Virus record (IMG/VR): IMGVR_UViG_3300005660_000003
Coordinates: 10,261-74,260 of that record
DNA length: 64,000 bases
Source of the DNA: a virus
Taxonomy: Duplodnaviria; Heunggongvirae; Uroviricota; Caudoviricetes
Reading direction: 5' to 3' (one strand)
Part shown: positions 39,380 through 50,117 of the stretch, one piece after another
How positions within the stretch are numbered: position 1 is the stretch's first letter
Layout of the letters: each line of letters begins with the position of its first letter
The notes under the pieces: model-generated
The model's database searches: none
What the model was told of the DNA's origin: nothing
What the model saw: only the letters and a program-made list of their open reading frames with translations
Program-made: the position numbers and the translations under genes

Positions 39380-39671
39380 CATGGAATTTGGAATAAATTC
39401 AATCACCGAACTAATAATAAAAAAAGAACTTATAATTGAAGACGGTGTCAAAATTATTTGTGGCGATAAGGTGCGGCCAATATTCTTTTCAGATGGGGAG
39501 AATATAGTTATTGATTTTGAGGCCCCTTTTGTCTACTTGATTATCAGCAAGTTGGGCCCAGTTACTATATTTGAAATTAAAAGAAAAATTAATAAGATTA
39601 TAATCGGGCCCAAAACCTACACGATAGATATCGCAGACTTCCCTAATATAACTAGGAATATAAAAACATGA
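39369..39671 (+). CDS. hypothetical protein
   Basis: 100-aa ORF. Confidence 0.4.
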   Translation: MKSNMEFGINSITELIIKKELIIEDGVKIICGDKVRPIFFSDGENIVIDFEAPFVYLIISKLGPVTIFEIKRKINKIIIGPKTYTIDIADFPNITRNIKT

Positions 39672-39958
39672 TGGGCGAACTATTATATTCTGAATATACT
39701 CAAGAAAACCCGACTATTGTTGGTGCTAAGGGTGAAATTAAAAGAAGATTGCGACCCGGTCTAAGGCGTGAAAAATTCATAAGTATCGGCAACACCGCCT
39801 ATGGCGAAGGGCTACCCATTTCTAAGGGTAGAGATGCTTGTGAGCGAGAGATGCTTAATCGCGTTAGTGGGTCTCTTGGGTTCATTGAGTATTTCTTACT
39901 AAAGGCAATAATCATGTGGATTATTCGTAAGATACTTGACTGGAAGTTTCCAACGTAA
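39668..39958 (+). CDS. hypothetical protein
   Basis: 96-aa ORF. Confidence 0.4.
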   Translation: MMGELLYSEYTQENPTIVGAKGEIKRRLRPGLRREKFISIGNTAYGEGLPISKGRDACEREMLNRVSGSLGFIEYFLLKAIIMWIIRKILDWKFPT

Positions 39959-40283
39959 ACATAATTGCTTCGTCATTTTCATCTAAATCGGCCATCTCTA
40001 GATGGCTTTTTTTCGTATATGACACATTGTCAATGATCTGAAACTCAAAAGAACGCTTAGCTTTAATAGCAAAAATTTTTCTACTAAAATTAGAGTATAT
40101 AGATTTATAAAGATATGAATTGAAATTCCCTCGATCTTTATCAAAATTCTTATTGCACACTAATGCCGTGTAGCAAATATCAGACAAGATCTCATCTTCT
40201 TCAATATTCAGGCCCTTTAGGGCTTGCACTTGTTTAGAGAATCTTTTCATCAGTGATTCGGTCTCTATTTTACCAATCTTCAT
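39921..40283 (-). CDS. hypothetical protein
   Basis: 120-aa ORF. Confidence 0.4.
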   Translation of the reverse strand: MKIGKIETESLMKRFSKQVQALKGLNIEEDEILSDICYTALVCNKNFDKDRGNFNSYLYKSIYSNFSRKIFAIKAKRSFEFQIIDNVSYTKKSHLEMADLDENDEAIMFTLETSSQVSYE

Positions 40284-40963
40284 TTTACAACTCCATTTTC
40301 TATAACAATAGAATCTTTAATCTTGCTTTGAATATCAGCCATTTCTATAATTTTTTCAGCATAGTCGGGGTCTGTGGGTAGTGTTATTGCTGTTTTCCCA
40401 TTGGGGAATATTATAGCAACATAATTATTGATATTTTTTTCATTAACCTCTTGTATAAATTTCTCTACCGCGACATTTACAGTGGGGGATTTTTCGACTT
40501 CTTCCTGAATAAGTAATTTATCGTCTATATTTTTTGCTACTTCTTCCCAAGTATATAATCTAGCCTTACCTACAATAAAGCAATATGGATCGAGAGCCTT
40601 CCATAGAGCAACGCCCTCTACACCATCCATTACATCAACAAATTTTGGTATTGTAAATGAAGAGAATCCCCGGAAGTGGGCAATCTTAAGACTGTAAAAA
40701 TTAAATGGGGCAAATTTATTATCTATTTGGAACTGACCCCAAGGGGTAGATACTAATTCTCCGGTAAACATAGTTTGGGGCATACCGATAATCATTTTAC
40801 CCATTCTAATCGTATCTATCTCTTGCATTTCATCTTCGTCAAAATCCTCAAAGTCATCTTCTTCTATTTCATTATTTACCTCTGACTTTTCATAATCTTT
40901 ATCAACATAATTAGCCTTATAATCCTCCCAAAGAATTGATCTATTCATTAGAGTAAACCTCAC
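40280..40963 (-). CDS. hypothetical protein (acidic N-terminal region)
   Basis: 227-aa ORF. Confidence 0.45.
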   Translation of the reverse strand: MRFTLMNRSILWEDYKANYVDKDYEKSEVNNEIEEDDFEDFDEDEMQEIDTIRMGKMIIGMPQTMFTGELVSTPWGQFQIDNKFAPFNFYSLKIAHFRGFSSFTIPKFVDVMDGVEGVALWKALDPYCFIVGKARLYTWEEVAKNIDDKLLIQEEVEKSPTVNVAVEKFIQEVNEKNINNYVAIIFPNGKTAITLPTDPDYAEKIIEMADIQSKIKDSIVIENGVVK

Positions 40964-41237
40964 TAGCTTTTATTAAGCGATTAACTTTATTATTGTCTTT
41001 TAACGTTATTATACCTTTGACTACCTCTTCATATCCGTCTTCAATTAGAATTTCGTTTAGTATATCAAAGAGTTGATCATCTGTAGACATTAGGCTTATT
41101 GTGGCGATATATTGAACATCGGAGTATATTATTTCATCAGAACTAATAAGGATATAATCGTAAAGAGGATTGAATCTCTTGTACAATTTCAAAAGGAAGG
41201 TCGCTAGTTTGATTAATATACTTGATAGTATTTTCAT
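40941..41237 (-). CDS. hypothetical protein
   Basis: 98-aa ORF. Confidence 0.35.
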   Translation of the reverse strand: MKILSSILIKLATFLLKLYKRFNPLYDYILISSDEIIYSDVQYIATISLMSTDDQLFDILNEILIEDGYEEVVKGIITLKDNNKVNRLIKASEVYSNE

Positions 41238-41452
41238 TTATAAATCCTAAAGGGACAAAAGAAGAATAAAATATCGCAAGTTCCCCATCAATTATAGTAG
41301 TAGATACATGGCGGATATCAAGCCATTGATATACTAAATTATAATAGTCTTTTAAATAATTTGTTGTCTGTGTTATCAATGAAGAAGTGGAGTGTGCCAA
41401 AAAGTTTGGTAAAGTATTTTCTACATCATTATGACATATCATTTTAATTGAT

Positions 41453-42244
41453 TTATTCGTCATTACTTTTAACACTAAGTAAATTCGCACATTCATTTTT
41501 AAAGTACCCCTCTTTAAAAGAGTCTAAAAAATTACCCAATAATTCTAGTGGTTTTTTTCTAAATTGTTTGGGGGTTCTTGATATATTTGTTGCGTGCCAT
41601 AAGTATTTACACACTGGTAAGTTAATATATTTAAAATTTCCATAATCAGCAAAAGAAGAATATAATTCCCAGTCACATGCATTAATGGAAAAGTTTGGTT
41701 TTACATGATCGTACACTTCTGCTTTATATAAAAATTGCCCATTATCTATACCAACACTCTTTTTATGAGACTCATACTGAGGGCAGCTTACTGTTCGGTA
41801 ATAATGAAAATCTCCATTTGTATCTGCTGAATATTCTTCACGATCCCCATAAACTAATATGGTGCTGGCCTCTTTTAGCTCCTCTGAAATAATGAACTTC
41901 CTTTTCTTTGGCAAGCAGTCGTCGTCTGTATGGGATAGTATTGCCCCATTGGCGTAGGATATTCCTATATTCCTTGGTATCGTTACTGTGCCCGAATTAA
42001 TGTTTAACCTAACATACTGTATATTTGCCCAGTTTTTAGACAAAGAATTAAGTAAAGATACATTACTTGAGCTTGTAAATTCGTCTGAACCATCTTCTAC
42101 AACTATAATTTCTAGTTTTTTACCCAACTCACACTTAGCAAGTGAGTGCAGTGCTGCAGATAAAAAATTATGTCTATTATAAGTTGGAATTATCACGGTG
42201 ATAATATCCCTATCCAGTGATTCTATCCAAGTTTTTATTTCCAT
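41453..42244 (-). CDS. glycosyltransferase family 2
   Basis: N-terminal ITVIIPTYNRHNFL...VVEDGSDE (GT-A DxD). Confidence 0.7.
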   Translation of the reverse strand: MEIKTWIESLDRDIITVIIPTYNRHNFLSAALHSLAKCELGKKLEIIVVEDGSDEFTSSSNVSLLNSLSKNWANIQYVRLNINSGTVTIPRNIGISYANGAILSHTDDDCLPKKRKFIISEELKEASTILVYGDREEYSADTNGDFHYYRTVSCPQYESHKKSVGIDNGQFLYKAEVYDHVKPNFSINACDWELYSSFADYGNFKYINLPVCKYLWHATNISRTPKQFRKKPLELLGNFLDSFKEGYFKNECANLLSVKSNDE

Positions 42245-42247
42245 TTA

Positions 42248-42505
42248 TTAATTGCTCTCCCTAATTCTTTTTTCGTATTTTTCTTTTAGTATAACGCACA
42301 TTAAAATTACTGAGTGTCTCAAAAGACTATCTATTAACACTGGTGCGTCTGGTTCACCTAAAACTTGTACAGGGGTCAAATTACTTGATGACATCAAAAG
42401 CTCCTCCAAGTTTTCAATACTCATTTCATTAATTTTATTAAACAATTTACTTGAACACAACTCTTGTTTTATGTTGTCATAATTAATTATATTATGCATA
42501 TTCAT
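42248..42505 (-). CDS. hypothetical protein
   Basis: 85-aa ORF. Confidence 0.35.
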   Translation of the reverse strand: MNMHNIINYDNIKQELCSSKLFNKINEMSIENLEELLMSSSNLTPVQVLGEPDAPVLIDSLLRHSVILMCVILKEKYEKRIRESN

Positions 42506-43190
42506 CTATCCTTAGAAAGGTAAGAGTGTTACCCTCAACAAAGTTGCAAATTTTATCAAATTGATCGTAAATACTATTACCACAACTTAAGGAAGGGATC
42601 TGGGATGTGTGGCCATGCGACACTAGCGTGTCACTCTGAAGGGGATTTTCTAAGACGCCATAGGTATCCTTTAGGTTCCAATTGTAGTATACTACCGTAA
42701 TCTTATCTTTGTAAACCTCATTAAGTTTTTTAAAGTTAGTGTGTGAATAAATATGGGTGTAGCCCAAGTCACAAAGTGCGTCCATATTATGTTGGTTAAT
42801 GGTCCACTGAGGGGCCCTAAAAACCCTAACAAAAGGGAGCTTGGCAGCTCTAAAAATATTCTCAGAAAGTTTAATTTTATCAACGCTTTGTGTATAGTTG
42901 TAATATTTGTACTCTTCAGAAGAGTGATATGTGCCGTGTACACCTAAGCATACGTTTCCTGCGGAAATTAATGATCGTAACTTATCACACCAAGTTTTAT
43001 TAGCATAAAGAGGAACGTTGTTGTAGCACGGTGGAACAAAGAAATTAATGATTAAGTTTGGGAAAGTTTTAATTAATTCTTCAGCTACTGGTAGACAGTC
43101 TACATCTGGGTTGTGGTGTAGGTCATCAAACTCTAGTATTACCTTCAAGTGTTTTCTCCGTGTGCATATAAGTTTGAAAATTGCCCGCAA
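42492..43190 (-). CDS. hypothetical protein (possible carbohydrate esterase/deacetylase-like)
   Basis: 232-aa ORF with His-rich motifs. Assignment is weak. Confidence 0.3.
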   Translation of the reverse strand: MRAIFKLICTRRKHLKVILEFDDLHHNPDVDCLPVAEELIKTFPNLIINFFVPPCYNNVPLYANKTWCDKLRSLISAGNVCLGVHGTYHSSEEYKYYNYTQSVDKIKLSENIFRAAKLPFVRVFRAPQWTINQHNMDALCDLGYTHIYSHTNFKKLNEVYKDKITVVYYNWNLKDTYGVLENPLQSDTLVSHGHTSQIPSLSCGNSIYDQFDKICNFVEGNTLTFLRIDEYA

Positions 43191-43405
43191 GGAGAAAAGA
43201 TTTCAAAAAGTGTAACTTTGTTACACTTCCACCCTTTAGTTTCCTTGAGCAATGCTTCTTTGGATCGCTGATTATCTTTTGTGTCCAATGGAATAGTGTT
43301 AAATGACCAAGGAAATTTAGCAAATGATGTGAATAACTAACAGCACTTTGTGCCAGAATCTAAAAATTTAAATTTTTCATATGTTATAACTTTGTCTTTT
43401 CTTAA

Positions 43406-44149
43406 TTAAATCTTTATAAAAGGGTCTTCACCTTTTGGTAAGAGGTAGGAACCTAGTGGTATTGCATAAAACTTCTTCTTAACATATTCAAATCCTTCTA
43501 TTGTCCATTGTAAATAAGCTTCGTGATCATCACTGTAGTGTCCACAAGCGTAGGGATCATGACTCTCCACTAGAGCTATTACTCCAGTGTCCAATCTACC
43601 GAAGTCTACAGCTCCGCAGAAATCTTCTGGCCACGCAATATCCAGCTCTGGAGCTGGCTCCTCCTCGTCATCCCCATCATACCACCCAGTAGTTAAAACC
43701 TTACCATTGGAAACGTAATATCTCCATTCTTGGGTAAAGCTTACAGGGTCTACATAATAATTTATACCGTTTGGGCGTTTTTCACCCACTTTATAAATCC
43801 TAGAAACATTATGCTTGTAAGAGGTTGAATCTTTGATAAATACGTCGGTTGATATTGGTTTATCTTTTAACTCTGAAAAACCCTTACGATTTAAGTCAAT
43901 AATGTAAAAATGTCTAAACATTAGATGGCATAAAAATTCTGGGTAAAAATCTGGCACTGGCTTACTTATTCCCAGCCCGAGCAGGGCTGCTTCACAGTAT
44001 TCCACATCACCTATTGGTATACAGTTTTCTGTAAAGTCTTTCGGGTGCTTAACGCGCCACTCAAGATTCAAGGTTCTACAGGCTTGGGCGGCTTTAATTA
44101 CCTCTCGGCCATTGTAACCGGGCTGAAAACAAACAACGTAGTCGTTCAC
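43406..44149 (-). CDS. hypothetical protein
   Basis: 247-aa ORF. Confidence 0.45.
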   Translation of the reverse strand: MNDYVVCFQPGYNGREVIKAAQACRTLNLEWRVKHPKDFTENCIPIGDVEYCEAALLGLGISKPVPDFYPEFLCHLMFRHFYIIDLNRKGFSELKDKPISTDVFIKDSTSYKHNVSRIYKVGEKRPNGINYYVDPVSFTQEWRYYVSNGKVLTTGWYDGDDEEEPAPELDIAWPEDFCGAVDFGRLDTGVIALVESHDPYACGHYSDDHEAYLQWTIEGFEYVKKKFYAIPLGSYLLPKGEDPFIKI

Positions 44150-44613
44150 TTAAATTCCTTATAAAGTGCAGATACGGTAGCAAAGCCACCGCTCCAATCC
44201 CAAACATCTCTTACAAAACATTGAAACTCAGCGTGGGTTAGCTCTATAGTATCTCTTATATCCCAACTCATCATGTCGATTGCCGCATCATAATCATCTG
44301 AAAAATTATGAGGTACTTCAAGTTTAATACCAATTTGATCTACTAAGACTATATAACCACTAGTATTTTCTGGGGCGGCAGGATCAAAGGTTTCAATCTT
44401 TTTCATTGCTGCTTCGGCTCTCTCATCTAATCTAATGCTAGCTTTTTCATAAGCGTCCTTTAATCTTCCTTGAGCTACAACTTTATACCCCGTAAGGGCT
44501 TCTTCATATTCTGCAATATGCTTTACTTTATTAGCCTTAAGTTTTTCTAATAAGTCTTCTCGTTTTACTTCTACTACTCTTTTCTTTTGGTCATTCATTG
44601 CTTGTTGGGCCAA
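44146..44613 (-). CDS. hypothetical protein
   Basis: 155-aa ORF. Confidence 0.45.
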   Translation of the reverse strand: MAQQAMNDQKKRVVEVKREDLLEKLKANKVKHIAEYEEALTGYKVVAQGRLKDAYEKASIRLDERAEAAMKKIETFDPAAPENTSGYIVLVDQIGIKLEVPHNFSDDYDAAIDMMSWDIRDTIELTHAEFQCFVRDVWDWSGGFATVSALYKEFK

Positions 44614-44797
44614 GTGTGTGCTCCTTTTGCGGACTATTGTGTGGAATTAGTAAAATGTTTTTCTTCAGCCAATGCTAATAAATACGCTGCTTGAGCTACA
44701 TCTTTTGCAGCTTTAGCATAATGAGCAGAATTTTCTGCGGTAGATGCATTTCTAGACAAAGTAATTAATTTGTTTATTGCTTCATTGTATTCTTGGT

Positions 44798-45097
44798 TCA
44801 TTTATTTTCTCTATTATCTTTAAGTGATTCATACATTAAGAATTCTTCATATTCTTTTAATTCTCTTATGGTTTTCTTAAATTCTTTATACGATATTATT
44901 CCATCTGCCATGAGACTATTAATACGAAGTGCCATAAACTCAGGATATTTAATCTTATTTTCATTGAGTATTGATAATTCTGCTAGTGATATTTTCTGGT
45001 TTTCAACTATTGTTGGTAATTCAACAGTTGAATAATATAGTACGTAAATACTAAAAGAGGCAAGTAAAATACATGAAATTTTTTCTATAGTTTTCAA
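44798..45097 (-). CDS. membrane-anchored hypothetical protein
   Basis: 99 aa with an N-terminal TM segment. Confidence 0.4.
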   Translation of the reverse strand: MKTIEKISCILLASFSIYVLYYSTVELPTIVENQKISLAELSILNENKIKYPEFMALRINSLMADGIISYKEFKKTIRELKEYEEFLMYESLKDNRENK

Positions 45098-45339
45098 GTT
45101 ATTTTCTCCAATATATTAAAGTCACTTACGTTAAAATAAGTGGGGTCATAAAACCAATTTGCTTCTATAGTTTCTAGGCGGAAGTTGTTATACTTAAAAA
45201 CTATTCTATATTTTCCTGCGGCCTTTTTACGTAATATTTCATCTGGAATATTGTCAGCGGCAGATATGTAAACACCTACTATATCCCCCTCAAAAAGAGG
45301 TTCACCATTTCTATCTTTGCAATACGTATCTCTGTTCAT
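45094..45339 (-). CDS. hypothetical protein
   Basis: 81-aa ORF. Confidence 0.35.
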   Translation of the reverse strand: MNRDTYCKDRNGEPLFEGDIVGVYISAADNIPDEILRKKAAGKYRIVFKYNNFRLETIEANWFYDPTYFNVSDFNILEKIT

Positions 45340-45538
45340 TAAAGTCTTCTAAAGATACCATCTCAAAGAAACAGCCCTTAACGCTGCCCATCCTATCAAA
45401 ATCATTCATAATAAAACCAGTTAATACAAGTGGGAACTTAAGTGGTTTAATTAAATCTGCAAATTTAATATCGCTCTTAATTATATCTCTATCTTCATCT
45501 TCCCATTTCTCAAGCTCTTCTTCTAATTCTAGGCCCAT
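45311..45538 (-). CDS. hypothetical protein
   Basis: 75-aa ORF. Confidence 0.3.
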   Translation of the reverse strand: MGLELEEELEKWEDEDRDIIKSDIKFADLIKPLKFPLVLTGFIMNDFDRMGSVKGCFFEMVSLEDFNEQRYVLQR

Positions 45539-45802
45539 CCCTTCAAATATATCATGGATATTATTACCATAAAGAGCATCTCTTAATTCGATATATTTAT
45601 CTGCATAATTTTTCCTACATTCCTGATAAAAATCAAATGAAACCTTTACTTCTTCTGGCCATGTATCATATCTATTTATATTTTTAGACCATTGAAACCA
45701 CGGCTCTAATTGGGCCCTATCCTCTTCTTTCTTCTAAAACTAAAGGTTAAAGTCGCATTTCATGCGAGTAATTCATTCAATCTTCTTCTTCGCTCAATCT
45801 TT

Positions 45803-46384
45803 TTAGTTGAGTTCATACACCACATCCTCTGGGCCAAAATAGGTACGTTTATATCCTATTTCTTCCAATTTGCTAACCACTGCCGCAAATTCTTCAGGGC
45901 TTATATGGATGTGCTCAAATTGTATCTTCTTTATTGTTAGTCCAGTAAAATCACACCCCAATAAAACCTTAGCGTCATAACCTTCAGTGTCAATTTGTAA
46001 TATGTCCACTACTGACTCGTGGAAAAACTCATGGAGCGGATAACAAGTGACTCGGCGAGTCGATATTACTTGATCAGAATGACCGAGCTTATGTAGGTGG
46101 GACCTGTTCATAGATGCGTGTTGAGATCCTTCGTTTCCGGGAACGTCATTATCAATGAAAAGATCTAACTCTTCATGCGTGTCAGATATGCCGCAACAAA
46201 AAACAACAACATTAGTGAATCCAGCAACTCTGTAATTTTCTCTACAGATTTCTACAGCTTTTGGATTTGGTTCAATTAGATCAATTTTCCAATCTAAAGA
46301 GGCAGGCATGTTTTCTTGACATAGTTTCCAAACGGGATCATTGTCTGTATTACCTTTATTTGCACCAACTTGTATAATATGCAC
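45803..46384 (-). CDS. FkbM-family-like methyltransferase
   Basis: HIIQVGANKGNTDNDP...IDLIEPNP resembles the FkbM MTase N-terminal motif. Confidence 0.45.
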   Translation of the reverse strand: MHIIQVGANKGNTDNDPVWKLCQENMPASLDWKIDLIEPNPKAVEICRENYRVAGFTNVVVFCCGISDTHEELDLFIDNDVPGNEGSQHASMNRSHLHKLGHSDQVISTRRVTCYPLHEFFHESVVDILQIDTEGYDAKVLLGCDFTGLTIKKIQFEHIHISPEEFAAVVSKLEEIGYKRTYFGPEDVVYELN

Positions 46385-46396
46385 TGCGTGGCTCCC

Positions 46397-46606
46397 TTAA
46401 TTTTTTGTAAATTTTTTACTAATCCATTCTATCGTATCGTATAAAATTAGACCATACCTAATATTGTATCCATAATATATTAACATCCATAGTAAAAGTC
46501 CCGGCCAAAACCAAGGTAAAATTAATGTTGTACTTGCATCATTGATGTCAAAAAATATTAACACAAGAAACACAATAATAGCCATGTAAATTAGTACGTA
46601 TATCAT
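46397..46606 (-). CDS. small membrane protein
   Basis: 69 aa with two TM segments. Confidence 0.4.
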   Translation of the reverse strand: MIYVLIYMAIIVFLVLIFFDINDASTTLILPWFWPGLLLWMLIYYGYNIRYGLILYDTIEWISKKFTKN

Positions 46607-46616
46607 TATATATTTT

Positions 46617-47303
46617 CTAAACTAAAAAATCACCAAGTAATTTGCCGGGTATTAAAAATTTGGTGTGGGACTCTTTGTTTTTATCATTTAGATAAGACAA
46701 ATGATCTATGCCAGTTCCATAATGCATGGCAAAAAAGTCCCTTTTCTTTACTGCTGGGTAAAAATATTCCATTTCTTGCCACTCGGTGTCTTTCCTAGAT
46801 AATGGGCGTGGCCAATCATCTAATACTAATTCTTTTCTTATGCAAAAGTAAGAAGATTTTATAACAAAGGTATACTTCTTACCAAAGCCAATGTGCGGGC
46901 AAATTAATCCAATGGACTTATTCCCCTGAAACATATCGTTATATTCTTTTAGCCAGCCACCTCTTTTAGAAACCGCCATTTCTGCTATGAAAAAATAATA
47001 TTGATAATCACTCTTTAATACTTCTAAGTAACCTGCTCTATATGCTCCAATATCTTCACCGACATTTTGTCTTTCAAAGTATTTTATATTACTATATCTT
47101 TTGTCTAGGGCAATTCCCATTTTAGAAATGGTGTCAATTTCTTCCCGACTTCTTGATCTTCTATTTTGTATGTTTGTTTCAAACTTATTGTGAATTATAA
47201 ATATGTCGTGATCAAAACCTAAGTCAAAACTAAGTAAAGATTTAAGACATCGAGATACTCTATTGTAGTGAAAAGCTGGAACTATTAAACAAAATTTATT
47301 CAA
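46617..47303 (-). CDS. putative glycosyltransferase (GT-A-like)
   Basis: N-terminus CLIVPAFHYNRVSRCLKSL resembles the GT2 start. Confidence 0.4.
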   Translation of the reverse strand: MNKFCLIVPAFHYNRVSRCLKSLLSFDLGFDHDIFIIHNKFETNIQNRRSRSREEIDTISKMGIALDKRYSNIKYFERQNVGEDIGAYRAGYLEVLKSDYQYYFFIAEMAVSKRGGWLKEYNDMFQGNKSIGLICPHIGFGKKYTFVIKSSYFCIRKELVLDDWPRPLSRKDTEWQEMEYFYPAVKKRDFFAMHYGTGIDHLSYLNDKNKESHTKFLIPGKLLGDFLV

Positions 47304-47310
47304 GGTGATC

Positions 47311-47856
47311 TCATTTTTTTCTTAGTAAGCAGGAAGTATTTGCGTCTGTAGAAATGATTTTAACAATTTCGAAATCGAATCCAAATAAGTAAGTGAAAGC
47401 ATCCTTACTTAATCTCCAGTAGTCTCCAAAGCTTCCTGCTTCCCCATGATAATCTGGTGCCTTGGGACCCCAAGGTGAATCGACTATAACATATCCACCC
47501 CTATTTAATAAAGCATCAAAAGCTTCTGATAGCTCAGTAATGTGTGGTATATGTTCTATTACTTGAGTGATGTGGATTAGGTCGTAAGTAATTCCATTAG
47601 ACCAGTCGGTTGGTTCTACAATATTCCCAACAATATCTGGCTCCCATTTTTTATCAAAATCTAAAGTGGTTAGTGTATACCTACTAAATAGACGGGGATT
47701 GTCTAAGCCCGGCTTACCTTTATGGGTTCGCGGATTACCAGCGGTCCCTACCATTAACATGGTAGGATTTAATAAAGTTACATTGTTTAGATTGATAATA
47801 GCGGCAAAATCCGCTTCAGCGGCTTCGCAGTCTTGTCTCGTTTGGCTTTTACTCAT
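47311..47856 (-). CDS. putative methyltransferase-like protein
   Basis: 181-aa ORF. Weak class I MTase-like features. Confidence 0.35.
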   Translation of the reverse strand: MSKSQTRQDCEAAEADFAAIINLNNVTLLNPTMLMVGTAGNPRTHKGKPGLDNPRLFSRYTLTTLDFDKKWEPDIVGNIVEPTDWSNGITYDLIHITQVIEHIPHITELSEAFDALLNRGGYVIVDSPWGPKAPDYHGEAGSFGDYWRLSKDAFTYLFGFDFEIVKIISTDANTSCLLRKK

Positions 47857-48425
47857 TTATATATTTTTCCCCAGATTTCTGAACAATGTCTATATTTTTC
47901 TATTAGGCAATATTTATATCCAATGTTATCTAGTATTTTAATCAATTGTTCTTTATCTTTTATTGGTGATGTGTGGGAAGGGTTATATTTTTCAACCTCT
48001 TCTTTTGTTTCACCAATTGGCACAATAAAGAATAAGACTTTACGAACAACATTAATAAGAGTTTTCAGGGCCACTTCTAGGTCTAGGGCGTGTTCTAAAG
48101 TATGAGAACAAAATATATAATCAATGGATCCTTCTTCAAATTCACACAGTGTATGAAAATCTGAATTCAAAACTATGTGTCCACGCTCCTTAGCCTTGGC
48201 CAACTTTTCATCTGATAAATCTACACCAATTATATTGATAAATCCCATATCTTTGAGAGCATCTAAACCTCTACCTTCACCACATCCCACGTCTAATACG
48301 TGGGCTTCACGATCTATATCTTTGAAGGTTTCTCGTATTGCGGCTTCTATTGAGTCTCCCCAAGGTGATCCATATGACCAAGCAGATCCAGACACTTGGA
48401 TATCTATGTATTCTTTATCTAACAA
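47853..48425 (-). CDS. class I SAM-dependent methyltransferase
   Basis: [11 protein letters not shown]...GVDLS...[10 protein letters not shown] (Methyltransf_11-like). Confidence 0.7.
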   Translation of the reverse strand: MLDKEYIDIQVSGSAWSYGSPWGDSIEAAIRETFKDIDREAHVLDVGCGEGRGLDALKDMGFINIIGVDLSDEKLAKAKERGHIVLNSDFHTLCEFEEGSIDYIFCSHTLEHALDLEVALKTLINVVRKVLFFIVPIGETKEEVEKYNPSHTSPIKDKEQLIKILDNIGYKYCLIEKYRHCSEIWGKIYK

Positions 48426-48711
48426 GGTGATTCCTTATTCCATTGAGGGTATTAAAATTAACAAGGAAAATAGAAAATTTAAGAGAAAAGGTATGACTTG
48501 GGAAAACCGTGGAAAGGGCGGCTGGCATATTGATCATGTTCTTCCGTATGCAAGTTTCGATCTTTCAGACCCTGAACAACAGAAGATTTGTTTCCATTAC
48601 ACAAACCTACAACCATTATGGGCTACTACCGCGATTGCAATGAGCTACGGGGAAGGGTCAGAATATGTTGGAAACATTGAAAATCTGATAAACCCTATCC
48701 TCTTAATTTAA
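48406..48711 (+). pseudogene. HNH endonuclease remnant (HNH domain only)
   Basis: [46 protein letters not shown] with no N-terminal DNA-binding modules. The ORF-track frame overlaps the opposite-strand MTase. Confidence 0.5.
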
Positions 48712-49504
48712 AATAATCTTTATACCTTAAAGTTTGCGAAAGCGTGCCCTCGTTATGCTCAACGTAAATAGCTGTATCTAAATAATACATAGGGATGCTA
48801 TTATGTTGAGCGTACGTAGACAAATCCCCATCCTCTGTGCCAGAAATTCTACCACTTTTATCTAGATCGTTTGGAAATGTAAACCCTTCATAAATTTCTC
48901 TACGGGCAAATCTACATATTCCACCGACATGATGTACCCTGCGTAACTGGTAATATGAATCATTTTCTTCGTCATGTATAGAGGAGTGAGCATACCCCTT
49001 AACACCACAAAGATTATTCTGTAAGCCCCCAACCATTGGTGCCCAAATACTTTTACCCAACACGCTATCAAGAAACATACAATGACTAAAGAAATCCTTG
49101 CTAATAATCTTGCAGTCATCGTCAAACTTAAGGGTTAATTTTCCGGACAAATGCGGGACAATATAATTTATTCCCGCCCCTATGCCAATATTTTGTGGTA
49201 ATTCGTGGGCAATTACGTCAAAGTTCTTAAGCCCTAGGTCATATAGATTATTTTTGCAACCTTGGAAAATGACGTGATGTTCAATTGTAATGGGGTTTTC
49301 AGTGTGGATTGACAACATTTCTGCTTCATAGGTGGCTTGCCCAACCGAAGACACGCAGTCTCGTAAGTACTTATCCCGCCCGCCCAAAGTCATTGTAAAG
49401 ATAGATATATCCAAATTACCTTTTCCTTTTTCCAAGTTTCTCGTATGGGATTGTATGATGACATTCTCTACTATGTTGATAACAGTGGTCTCCACAAGAA
49501 TCAT
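48695..49504 (-). CDS. hypothetical protein (possibly glycan-modifying)
   Basis: 269-aa ORF in the glycosyltransferase island. Confidence 0.4.
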   Translation of the reverse strand: MILVETTVINIVENVIIQSHTRNLEKGKGNLDISIFTMTLGGRDKYLRDCVSSVGQATYEAEMLSIHTENPITIEHHVIFQGCKNNLYDLGLKNFDVIAHELPQNIGIGAGINYIVPHLSGKLTLKFDDDCKIISKDFFSHCMFLDSVLGKSIWAPMVGGLQNNLCGVKGYAHSSIHDEENDSYYQLRRVHHVGGICRFARREIYEGFTFPNDLDKSGRISGTEDGDLSTYAQHNSIPMYYLDTAIYVEHNEGTLSQTLRYKDYFKLRG

Positions 49505-49751
49505 TCCAGTACCTTATACTAGAAGATCCGCAGTATAAACAAAGTCTACCAACAACCTTATATAGATTTGCAAATATAATTTCATCTAACTCTTGTTGGG
49601 TAAATAAAGAGTATGATTTTGCCCGCACATCTGATGCCGTTATCATCTCAAAAACCGCAGAAGTCATGTCGTCAGATTTGGGTGAATTTGGATATAAATA
49701 TTTACTATTCAAGTCTTTATCCCTTATCCAAAACCTTATCACACGCAACAC
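49416..49751 (-). CDS. Cys/His-rich hypothetical protein
   Basis: 111 aa. CxxC...C..HC...H..ECHH. Confidence 0.35.
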   Translation of the reverse strand: MLRVIRFWIRDKDLNSKYLYPNSPKSDDMTSAVFEMITASDVRAKSYSLFTQQELDEIIFANLYKVVGRLCLYCGSSSIRYWNDSCGDHCYQHSRECHHTIPYEKLGKRKR

Positions 49752-49877
49752 AAAACTCTACCCAATCACCATTTATCCCAAAAATCAACTCTTTATCTTT
49801 TTCTATATACTGGTAGGATGCCAGCCTAATGATTTGTTTTATTTGAGCACACCTTCTAGCTATGCTCACTTCGTGAT

Positions 49878-50117
49878 TCAAGATTGTATCCTTTTTGTTG
49901 ATTTATCAACAGCTTCAAAACAATCTGCCTCGTGGAGTTCTCCAGTAATACTAACTAACCATCGATTAGTTAAAGCTGACCATACTATGTTATCTATCGT
50001 ATAATTATGACCAGCGATACACTTACAATTCCCATTTTCTATTCCATTTATGCATACTTCTATCGCATCCTTTATACAAAATATCTTTTCACCTATACCA
50101 AAGGGCTGAGATTGCAT
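49878..50117 (-). CDS. hypothetical protein
   Basis: 79-aa ORF. Confidence 0.3.
   Translation of the reverse strand: MQSQPFGIGEKIFCIKDAIEVCINGIENGNCKCIAGHNYTIDNIVWSALTNRWLVSITGELHEADCFEAVDKSTKRIQS

Noticed and set aside
49332-50004. Plus-strand ORFs 49332..49538, 49613..49816 and 49666..50004.
   Set aside because: They are antisense to or overlapping minus-strand ORFs and have no motifs, so they are probably non-coding.
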